From a virus, in the IMG/VR virus record IMGVR_UViG_3300007790_000161, positions 5,809 through 69,808 of that record: a stretch of DNA of 64,000 nucleotides; one strand, written 5' to 3'. This document shows, piece after piece, positions 23,995 to 31,760 of this stretch (position 1 is the first letter of the stretch; every line of letters starts with the position of its first letter). Under the pieces are notes generated by a model that was not told the origin of the DNA, ran no database searches, and worked only from the letters and a program-made list of their open reading frames with translations. Made by a program: the position numbers and the translations under genes.

Positions 23995-24156
23995 TATCTC
24001 TCCTTTTCGTAACAATCCAACCATCCTCCTGGCATTCCCAGCAGGGTTGGAATACATAATTCTGCATGTCCAAAACAGACTTTCTAAGTGAACATACAGC
24101 ACAGGCATGGTCATGTTGTGCAAATAGGCCATCTGTGTAAATCTTTGGCTTATGCA
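23897..24156 (-). CDS. Zn-finger-like hypothetical protein
   Basis: CAVC...CWEC; overlaps the next gene. Confidence 0.5.
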
Positions 24157-24159
24157 TTC

Positions 24160-24321
24160 TCACTTATTAGGGTCCGTCCCGTCAAACTTCCCATTCGTCA
24201 GTCTTTCGAGCTTCTTAGCAGCTCGTCTCATTCCTACAACATCCTTGCGGTCTCTGGCCTGCAAATACTTTGTAAACCAGAGCTTTCTGTCCTGGTAATA
24301 CTTTTCCTCTCTACTAGGCAT
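24160..24321 (-). CDS. small basic protein (53 aa, not in the ORF track)
   Basis: MPSREEKYYQDRKLWFTKY... Confidence 0.55.
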   Translation of the reverse strand: MPSREEKYYQDRKLWFTKYLQARDRKDVVGMRRAAKKLERLTNGKFDGTDPNK

Positions 24322-24526
24322 TGTGCTCCTTTACTACCGCCCGAATTTGGTCATAAACGTCTAGACCGGGCTTAATAAGCGTATCACAAACTGCACACCA
24401 AAATACCGGCTCATCGCCGGTTCCGAGTACAGTCGTTAGCTTATTGTTACAATCAGGGCATGAAAGATGCTTTACCTTACCCTCTTCAGAGAGTCTACGA
24501 TATTCGTGAAAATAATGCCATTCCAT
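24314..24526 (-). CDS. Zn-ribbon protein
   Basis: CPDC...WCAVC. Confidence 0.65.
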   Translation of the reverse strand: MEWHYFHEYRRLSEEGKVKHLSCPDCNNKLTTVLGTGDEPVFWCAVCDTLIKPGLDVYDQIRAVVKEHNA

Positions 24527-24582
24527 ATGCAAAAAGCCGCTGACAAATAGCAGCGGCTAGTCTCCTTTTCTATTTGTTTGAG

Positions 24583-24655
24583 AGCCTAGTGTGGGAATCG
24601 AACCCACGACCTTTTCCGTACCAAGGAAATGTTCTACCACTGTCACTAACTAGGC
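24583..24655 (-). tRNA. tRNA-Thr(GGU)
   Basis: Cloverleaf GCCTAGT/ACTAGGC, anticodon loop TT-GGT-AC, T-loop TTCGATT; CCA not encoded. Confidence 0.9.
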
Positions 24656-24756
24656 GCAGCCCCGAGAGGCGCAATGCAGGCAGCCGTTAAACTAGTATAA
24701 GCCGTCCGCGAGCTTGGCGGTTCCGAAAAAGGAGAAGGAAAACGAAACCGCCTAAG

Positions 24757-24828
24757 AGCCAGATAACGGAATCGAACCGTTGACTTGTCAGTACGAAAGA
24801 CATGTGTTTCCACTACAACTAATCTGGC
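24757..24828 (-). tRNA. tRNA-Thr(CGU)
   Basis: Cloverleaf GCCAGAT/ATCTGGC, loop TT-CGT-AC; one U-U mismatch in the anticodon stem. Confidence 0.85.
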
Positions 24829-24938
24829 ATATAGTCTGCCTCCCCTGCAACTAGGTACTACAGACAAGCCCCGAAGGACATTTCCTCGGGGGCAGAGGTA
24901 CGGGTCGGTCGCATTCTCGCCGCACGTACCCCCAATTG

Positions 24939-25012
24939 AGCCGGTTATCGGATTCGAACCGATGACCTATCGCTTACAAGGCGATTGCTCTGGCCAACTG
25001 AGCTAAACCGGC
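24939..25012 (-). tRNA. tRNA-Thr(UGU)
   Basis: Canonical cloverleaf GCCGGTT/AACCGGC, loop CT-TGT-AA. Confidence 0.93.
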
Positions 25013-25013
25013 A

Positions 25014-25085
25014 GTGCACCCCCAAGGACTTGAACCTCAGATTACCACTAAATCAGAGTGGCGTACTACGTTGTACTAGAGTGCA
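25014..25085 (-). tRNA. atypical tRNA-Ile(GAU)
   Basis: Acceptor TGCACTC/GGGTGCA, loop CT-GAT-TT. The D-loop lacks GG and the T-stem is irregular. Confidence 0.6.
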
Positions 25086-25168
25086 TGGTGACCAAGGTAA
25101 GAATAGAGGGAACAACCTTGGTCAAGCTTAGGATAGTATTTATAGCCCCATCCCAAGGCGATAGAATC

Positions 25169-25198
25169 ATCTTAGCACGCGCTTGATGTGCTTGTCAA
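25169..25198 (-). promoter_or_regulatory. promoter for the tRNA cluster
   Basis: Minus strand TTGACA-N18-TAAGAT overlapping the dps stop. Confidence 0.7.
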
Positions 25199-25593
25199 GA
25201 AAGTGATTCGTTGAACATCCATACCCACTTGTCCAAACCGCGCTGGATTTCGATAAGAACATCCTGCGTAGCAAGGTCGCTTTCATAACTATCTAGAGCG
25301 TTCTTGATGTGAACACTAATAGTATTCAAGTGGCTGGATAGTTCGTCCACTGCTTCATCGAAACGGATAGGTTCAGACGTATAACTGTACTCTACACTAC
25401 CCGTGACGTGTTGTCCAATAGCCCGCGCTCGTTCAGCTAGTGTGTCTGAATACTCATTAAGCTCAGAGTATAGCTCATCTAGCATCGGATGCAGGTAAAG
25501 AAATTCACGTCCTCGAAGATTCCAATGGAAATCCTTTGTCTGTAGCTGAGCTGTGATTAGCCCGCCCAGAATCTCTTCAAGGTTTGCATTCAT
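25195..25593 (-). CDS. dps: Dps/ferritin-like protein
   Basis: FHWNLRG..F..LH...DE......D..AER ferroxidase-centre signature; C-terminal DLATQD...DKWVW. Confidence 0.88.
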   Translation of the reverse strand: MNANLEEILGGLITAQLQTKDFHWNLRGREFLYLHPMLDELYSELNEYSDTLAERARAIGQHVTGSVEYSYTSEPIRFDEAVDELSSHLNTISVHIKNALDSYESDLATQDVLIEIQRGLDKWVWMFNESLS

Positions 25594-25611
25594 ATGCTTG
25601 CCTCCTAATGG

Positions 25612-26301
25612 TTAGTAGCCGCACTTCGGGGCGGTAACCCAATGAGATGCGCCTCTACCATTATTCCACAACTTCCAGAATGCTGCATCTTGCTGTGCTG
25701 GCGAATAGTTCATCGCCTTACCTGGAAGTCCGGTCACACTTTGCCAAGTTCCGTCCATGAACTGATATGCTCCTGACGCTCCCGAGCTAGGATTTAGCGC
25801 TCGATAGTTTCCACCTGACTCATACTTCCGGATACATGCAGCAATCCCACCGGGCGCTACATGGTTATTACTGTTGTTCGTATTTGCTCTTGGCTGTTGG
25901 ACCTTCGGCTTATATACGCGAGGCTTAGAATTTGCCTCACGCTGCTTCCTGGCCTTCTCAGCAGCAGCGGCTAGCTCAATTCTTCGTTGCACTTCCGCCT
26001 TTCGGGCTGCTTCCTTTCGAGCCGCTTCTTCCTTAGCTCGCTTTTCTGCTGCAATTCTCTCTCGCTCAAGCTTCTCAGCCTGAGCTTTCTGCATGGCCCG
26101 CTTCATTTGCGCCATTTCTTCTGCTGGAGAAGTCAATGGCTGCCGCGTTTCGTTTCGGGAAGCCCTATGGTCTTCCTCTCCACGGTCCGACTGGCTGTCG
26201 GCTGCTACGACAGGTCTTTCTGTATTACTCTCCACTACTACAAAAGATGTAGTTCCTGCTACTGCAAGGATAGTGGCTAGTGTTGCGAATGTTCTCTTCA
26301 T
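25612..26301 (-). CDS. secreted Rpf-like/lysozyme-like transglycosylase
   Basis: Signal peptide, charged coiled coil, then CIRKYESGGNY...GAYQF...TW...QQD...W...C. Confidence 0.82.
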   Translation of the reverse strand: MKRTFATLATILAVAGTTSFVVVESNTERPVVAADSQSDRGEEDHRASRNETRQPLTSPAEEMAQMKRAMQKAQAEKLERERIAAEKRAKEEAARKEAARKAEVQRRIELAAAAEKARKQREANSKPRVYKPKVQQPRANTNNSNNHVAPGGIAACIRKYESGGNYRALNPSSGASGAYQFMDGTWQSVTGLPGKAMNYSPAQQDAAFWKLWNNGRGASHWVTAPKCGY

Positions 26302-26331
26302 GAGACCTCCTTTGTCAGCAACGATTCATCT

Positions 26332-26424
26332 AATGTATCAGAAGTGTCACAGCTTTGCAACTATGATGTTGCAGAAATAATTTAGGCAAAGCACTTGACA
26401 GCAAAGAGAGTCAGATGCTAGGGT
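26332..26424. promoter_or_regulatory. divergent promoters
   Basis: Minus strand TTGCAA-N17-TACATT (26360 to 26332); plus strand TTGACA-N18-TAGGGT (26395-26424). Confidence 0.68.
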
Positions 26425-26463
26425 ATTAATTACACTAGAAACAAAAGGAAGAAGAGTAAACAA

Positions 26464-27462
26464 TTGAGAGTAAGTTTCTATACAGTTAGAAGTAACTTGA
26501 AGACTGACAACGGTTACGGCTATGCAGGTCATAACATCCGTAACAGTCTAGAAAAGCTTGGACATACTGTTAATTTTCATGATGAGCAGGCTGATGTACA
26601 GCTTGATTTCTGTCAACCCCCGCTTTATGCGCACTTTCCGCGTCAATACAAGATTGGTTATACGCCCTGGGAGTCCACCTCTTTGCCAGAGGGATGGCTT
26701 GAGGGCTTTTCTTCTGTTGATGAGGTATGGACTACATCACAAAAGTGTAAAGAATGGTATTCGGCCGCCGGGCTTTCTAAGCCAATTCATGTTTTTGAAC
26801 ATGGAATTGAAGACATTTGGTCTCCAAAAAAGAGAACTGTACGCAACAAACTGAAATTCCTTCATATTGGTGAACCAGCACCAAGAAAGGGTGGACAAAT
26901 GGCTCTGGAAGCCTTCCGACTTGCCTTTGGCAATCAAAATGATGTACATTTGACTATTAAGAGCAATGGAGAAAGCTCAGTTCGAGTTTACGCATCCAAC
27001 TTTCATCGTGGAGGACCACGCAATATTCTTGGTCTACCCCATCAGGTTTATCAAAACGTTACAGTTCTTACGGAATCATTGTCTCTTGATGAGCTTGTAG
27101 GACTCTATCACAGTCATCATGCCCTTGTCTACCCATCCTGGGGTGAAGGGTTCGGCCTGATTCCACTACAGGGCCTTGCGACTGGTATGCCTACTGTTTG
27201 TACTGCTGCATGGGCACCATATGAGAGGTTTTTGGGGGATTTGAGTCTTGATTCCAGTCTTGTTGACAGTAGATGGCCAGGGATTCATCCCGGAAAGATG
27301 TATGAACCGAATATTGACCATCTTGTAGAGCTTTATAGAAAGATTTATGATAATTATTCAGAATTGTCTGATACATTTTATAGAAATTCTGAAAGAGTGC
27401 ATTCGGAATACAATTGGGACACTCTTACAAAGAATGCTTTTGAACATTTGGAGAATAAATGA
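26464..27462 (+). CDS. GT-B glycosyltransferase
   Basis: IGYTPWES, RKGG and LVYPSWGEGFGLIPLQGLATGMP (EX7E-type motif). Confidence 0.9.
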   Translation: MRVSFYTVRSNLKTDNGYGYAGHNIRNSLEKLGHTVNFHDEQADVQLDFCQPPLYAHFPRQYKIGYTPWESTSLPEGWLEGFSSVDEVWTTSQKCKEWYSAAGLSKPIHVFEHGIEDIWSPKKRTVRNKLKFLHIGEPAPRKGGQMALEAFRLAFGNQNDVHLTIKSNGESSVRVYASNFHRGGPRNILGLPHQVYQNVTVLTESLSLDELVGLYHSHHALVYPSWGEGFGLIPLQGLATGMPTVCTAAWAPYERFLGDLSLDSSLVDSRWPGIHPGKMYEPNIDHLVELYRKIYDNYSELSDTFYRNSERVHSEYNWDTLTKNAFEHLENK

Positions 27463-28442
27463 AGATTTCCTTTCATACGATTAAGGAAAACCTAGATACA
27501 ACTCGCGGATATGGAACAGCAGGCTTCAGAATGGTCACTTCTCTCCAGGAACTTGGTCATGAAGTACCTTTTGATGATGCTAGTGCACCTGTACAGATTT
27601 CTTGGAACCCGCCGCATTGGTACAAGTTCAACGAAGGACAGTACCGTATCGGATATACCCCGTGGGAGTCAACTGAGCTTCCAGACGGATGGCTCAAGGC
27701 CATGAACGAATGCGATGAAGTTTGGGCAACATCAGAATGGGTTGCAAACGTCTATGAAATGGCCGGGGTTAGAAAGCCTATCCACGTATATGAGCATGGG
27801 CTAGACAAAAGATGGAAGCCCAGAAGGAGACAGACAGGAGAAGTCATCAAGTTCCTTCACGTTGGTGAACCAGCTTTGCGCAAGGGTGGCCAGATGGCTG
27901 TAGAAGCCTTCCGAGAAGTATTCGGTGATAGAGAAGATGTTCACCTTACTGTAAAGGCTTATCACCAACATTTCTTGAGAGTATGGGATAGCGGTAAGAT
28001 TACAACTCCAGACAAGGCATATAATAATGTAACTGTAATTACTGAACAGATGCATTTCGATGAACTGTTGGATTTGTATTATGAGCACGATGTTCTTGTA
28101 TATCCCTCTTATGGAGAAGGATTTGGATTCATTCCTTTGCAGGCTTTGGGGACTGGAATGCCAGTCATTTCAACTCATGCATGGGCACCTTATGACAGAC
28201 ATTTGAAGGAGTATTCAATTGGTGCGAGATACGACAGAAGCATTTGGGCTCTACATCCTGGGAATGTTCTATATCCAAACTACGATGACCTCAAGGCTAC
28301 TCTCAAGCTCATTGCAGATAGGGAAGAGCTTGAATTTGCTCAGAATCTCTACTATCTCAGGGCTGAAGAGGTTCACCAAGAATACGATTGGGTGAAGAAG
28401 ACCGAAAAGGCTTTCGAGCACATCGTCTCCATGTTTACATAA
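27459..28442 (+). CDS. GT-B glycosyltransferase, paralog of the upstream gene
   Basis: IGYTPWES, RKGG and LVYPSYGEGFGFIPLQALGTGMP. Confidence 0.9.
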   Translation: MKISFHTIKENLDTTRGYGTAGFRMVTSLQELGHEVPFDDASAPVQISWNPPHWYKFNEGQYRIGYTPWESTELPDGWLKAMNECDEVWATSEWVANVYEMAGVRKPIHVYEHGLDKRWKPRRRQTGEVIKFLHVGEPALRKGGQMAVEAFREVFGDREDVHLTVKAYHQHFLRVWDSGKITTPDKAYNNVTVITEQMHFDELLDLYYEHDVLVYPSYGEGFGFIPLQALGTGMPVISTHAWAPYDRHLKEYSIGARYDRSIWALHPGNVLYPNYDDLKATLKLIADREELEFAQNLYYLRAEEVHQEYDWVKKTEKAFEHIVSMFT

Positions 28443-28549
28443 CTGTGACAAAAAACTTCCTGTAAACCCCCGCATACTAACTGCGGGGGTGTTACTATAG
28501 AATAACCACAACATATTGATACAGGCCCGGATAGGGGTCAGAAGGAGTT

Positions 28550-30502
28550 TTGTTTTTTATGGATTTCATTGACGCCGAGGGCCGTATTACCGACCCTTAT
28601 CGTAACTTTATTCACTTGTCTCGCTACTCTAGGTGGCTAGAAGACAAGGGACGACGAGAGACTTGGGTTGAGACAGTCGATAGATATATTGACTTCATGC
28701 TCAACCACCTACAGAAGAATAATGGATACACTCCACCGGATGAGCACGTATTGCTTGTTCGGAACTTTATTCTAGAGCACCGAGCGCTTCCGTCCATGCG
28801 TGCTTTGATGACCGCAGGACCAGCCCTTGAGCGTAACAATATTGCTGGATACAACTGTTCTTATGTCGTTGTTGATAATCCCGTCGCATTTGACGAGATT
28901 CTTTACATCCTCATGAATGGAACCGGAGTCGGTTTCTCTTGCGAAGAGCAGTACGTTTCTCAGCTTCCTGTAATTCCTCAGCTTCATGAATCAGACAATG
29001 TTATTGTAGTTGAAGACTCAAAGGAAGGATGGGCGCACGCTTATCACGACCTTGTTCATGGGCTTTACAATGGAGTAATTCAGAAGTGGGATGTCAGCAA
29101 GGTTCGTCCTGCTGGTGCACGTCTTAAGACATTCGGTGGTCGTGCTTCTGGACCAGACCCTCTAGTTGAGCTATTTGAATTTACTGTTTCGACATTCCTT
29201 AAGGCACAGGGGCGCAAGCTAACTGACCTAGAGGCTCACGACATTGTTTGTGAAATTGCAAGCGTCGTAGTTGTTGGCGGGGTTCGTCGTTCAGCTCTTA
29301 TTTCCCTCGGTGACCTTGGCTCTGACGGACATCGTTCAGCAAAGTCGGGTGCTTGGTGGGAAAAGAATGGGCAGCGTGCTCTAGCAAATAACTCAGCCGT
29401 GTTTGACTCAAAGCCTTCACGTGAGGTGTTCGACAATGAGTGGCAGGCTCTAATTGATTCTGGCTCGGGTGAGAGAGGTATCTTCAATCGTGAGGCTTCT
29501 CGCAAGCAGGCAGCGAAGTTTGGTCGTCGTTCACACGATGTTGAGTATGGAACTAATCCATGTTCGGAAATCATTCTTCGCCCAAATCAGTTCTGTAATC
29601 TGTCAACAGTCGTAGTTGATTCTGATGACACATACATTATGCTTGCTGCAAAGGTGCGCGCGGCTACGATTCTTGGAACGTGGCAGTCCACAATGACTAA
29701 CTTCAAGTATCTTCGACCACTATGGAAGCAGAACACTGAAGAGGAAAGGCTTTTGGGAGTTTCAATGACTGGCCCATTTGGCAATAAGTTGCTTAATGGA
29801 ACCATTTCATTCCAGAAGACAGAGGATATTCTCGTTTCACTTCGTTATGAGGCTATCAAGATGAATCAGATTGTTGCAGACGAGATTGGGATTCCTCGCG
29901 CAGCAGCAATCACATGTGTTAAGCCAGAGGGAACAACTTCTCAGCTTACGCTAACCTCATCTGGTCTTCATGCCTGGCACAATGAGCACTACATTCGTAC
30001 TGTTCGAGGTGACAGGAAGGACCCTCTAAGTCAGTTCCTTATTGATTCTGGATTTCCATATGAGCCGGACGTTATGAATCCTGAGAATACTGTTGTATTC
30101 TCGTTCCCAATCAAGGCTCCAGAGGGAGCGATTGTTCGTCGTGAACTTGATGCAAAGAGGCATCTTGACCTCTGGCTTCTGTACCAGCGTGCATGGTGCG
30201 AGCACAAGCCTTCAGTGACAATCTATGTTCGTCCTGAAGAGTGGGCTGAGGTTGGAGATTGGGTATATGAGAACTTTGACGAGGTTTCAGGAATTTCATT
30301 CCTTCCTTTGTCAGAGCACACATACCAGCAGGCTCCATATCAGGACATCACGATTGATGAATATAACGAATGGGTAACTAGAATTCCTCAGGATGTCGAT
30401 TGGGACATGCTTTCATCGTATGAGCTTGAGGACACAACAACTGGTACTCAGGAACTTGCTTGCTCAGCAGGCAACTGTGACGTAGTTGATATTTCAAAGT
30501 AA
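28550..30502 (+). CDS. nrdJ: class II (adenosylcobalamin-dependent) ribonucleotide reductase
   Basis: LPSMR, YNCS, GTNPCSEI, CNL, TCVKPEGT and C-terminal CSAGNC; no NrdB gene nearby. Confidence 0.92.
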   Translation: MFFMDFIDAEGRITDPYRNFIHLSRYSRWLEDKGRRETWVETVDRYIDFMLNHLQKNNGYTPPDEHVLLVRNFILEHRALPSMRALMTAGPALERNNIAGYNCSYVVVDNPVAFDEILYILMNGTGVGFSCEEQYVSQLPVIPQLHESDNVIVVEDSKEGWAHAYHDLVHGLYNGVIQKWDVSKVRPAGARLKTFGGRASGPDPLVELFEFTVSTFLKAQGRKLTDLEAHDIVCEIASVVVVGGVRRSALISLGDLGSDGHRSAKSGAWWEKNGQRALANNSAVFDSKPSREVFDNEWQALIDSGSGERGIFNREASRKQAAKFGRRSHDVEYGTNPCSEIILRPNQFCNLSTVVVDSDDTYIMLAAKVRAATILGTWQSTMTNFKYLRPLWKQNTEEERLLGVSMTGPFGNKLLNGTISFQKTEDILVSLRYEAIKMNQIVADEIGIPRAAAITCVKPEGTTSQLTLTSSGLHAWHNEHYIRTVRGDRKDPLSQFLIDSGFPYEPDVMNPENTVVFSFPIKAPEGAIVRRELDAKRHLDLWLLYQRAWCEHKPSVTIYVRPEEWAEVGDWVYENFDEVSGISFLPLSEHTYQQAPYQDITIDEYNEWVTRIPQDVDWDMLSSYELEDTTTGTQELACSAGNCDVVDISK

Positions 30503-30514
30503 AAATTAGCTTAG

Positions 30515-30569
30515 AACCCCGCCAAATCGGCGGGGTTTCTTTGCGTTTATGAGCTGTACCCCTTATACT
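30515..30569 (+). terminator. terminator overlapping the lysin promoter
   Basis: AACCCCGCC-AAATC-GGCGGGGTT-TCTTT, then TTGCGT-N17-TATACT (30541-30569). Confidence 0.72.
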
Positions 30570-30592
30570 ATACAAAGGAGGTGAAAGACAAA

Positions 30593-31609
30593 ATGGCAAC
30601 ACCTATGACATCCTCACAGATTGTAGCTCAGCTAAAGAAGTGGGGAATCAAGTATGCAGAGTACAAGAATTGGGAGACTCACAATCGTAACCATATGGGA
30701 AAGTGGGGTCCGGTAAACGGATTCATGGTTCACCATACTGGTAGCGATTCAAAGGACCAAAGAGCACTACTTTATGATGGCATTAGCGGCCTGCCAGGCC
30801 CCCTATGTCATTTCGGTCTTGCTCAGGACGGAACCGTTCATCTAGTTGGATGGGGACGAGCAAATCATGCTGGTTCTGGTGACCCAGACGTTCTGAATGC
30901 AGTTATTAATGAGAGTTACGGAGCAAATCCGCCGGTGGACAATCAGTCTACTGTTGATGGAAATGCGCGTTTCTACGGTGTAGAGATTTGGTATTCTGGT
31001 AGTCACAAGATGACAGATGCGCAGTACGCAACGCTTCGTAAGCTTGCTGCCGCTATTTGTGATTTCCACGGATGGTCAGAAAAGAGTGTAATTGGTCATG
31101 GTGAATGGGGAAGCCCAGGAAAGTGGGACCCAGGTATTTCATCTGGAAAGATGATGAATATGGCTGAGGTTCGTGCCGACATCAAGGCAACACTTGGTGG
31201 AAGCAAGACTCCTGACCCAGTTCCATCTAAGCCAGCAGAGTCAGCATCTACACATACAGTTGTTAAGGGAGAAACTCTATGGGCTATCGCTAACAAGTAT
31301 AAGGTAAGTGTTGACAATCTAAAGAAGTGGAATAGTCTTAAGTCTGATGAGCTATCTGTTGGACAGAAGCTACAGGTAAAGGCTCCAGCTTCTTCAGGAG
31401 GAGGAACATCTACAGTGGCAAAGAAGGACGCAACATACAAGTCTGTTTGGGACCTTGATGTAGCTACCCCACCAAAGGGGCGCGAAACCAAGGAGAACCC
31501 AACTTGGGCTCCAGCCAGTATTCTTCGTGGAATTTACGAAAACCTTGATGCATTGACAAAGAAGGTTGACGAGCTTTCCAAGAAGATTGACGCACTAGAG
31601 TCTAAGTGA
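30593..31609 (+). CDS. endolysin: N-acetylmuramoyl-L-alanine amidase plus LysM
   Basis: MVHHTG, GRANHAG, GVEI, GHGEW and KWDPG; LysM HTVVKGETLWAIANKY...LKKWN. Confidence 0.9.
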   Translation: MATPMTSSQIVAQLKKWGIKYAEYKNWETHNRNHMGKWGPVNGFMVHHTGSDSKDQRALLYDGISGLPGPLCHFGLAQDGTVHLVGWGRANHAGSGDPDVLNAVINESYGANPPVDNQSTVDGNARFYGVEIWYSGSHKMTDAQYATLRKLAAAICDFHGWSEKSVIGHGEWGSPGKWDPGISSGKMMNMAEVRADIKATLGGSKTPDPVPSKPAESASTHTVVKGETLWAIANKYKVSVDNLKKWNSLKSDELSVGQKLQVKAPASSGGGTSTVAKKDATYKSVWDLDVATPPKGRETKENPTWAPASILRGIYENLDALTKKVDELSKKIDALESK

Positions 31610-31616
31610 TACAATC

Positions 31617-31720
31617 TAAGTACAGCCTATGGAAATGAGTCCGGGTTGTCTTGGGCGCTGAGTGCAGCGCTACTTAGGATGTTTATATTACCGTCATCGG
31701 CCCCATCTTCGGATGGGGCC
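31617..31720 (+). ncRNA. candidate sRNA of about 100 nt with its own promoter and hairpin end
   Basis: TTGACG-N17-TACAAT with TGn (31587-31615); internal stems; C-TTCG-G hairpin at 31699-31720. Confidence 0.45.
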
Positions 31721-31760
31721 ATTGGCGTTTTCCGGGGGATTCCGGTATAATTCAAATACA

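Noticed and set aside
25086-25130. Hairpin+AAGCTT copy upstream of tRNA-Ile counted as part of the array
   Set aside because: It is oriented opposite to the transcribed strand, with AAGCTT preceding the hairpin in the RNA, so it was not counted.
28507-28520. NrdR box upstream of nrdJ (CACAACATATTGAT)
   Set aside because: Only a partial match, and no clear second box, whereas NrdR sites normally come in tandem.
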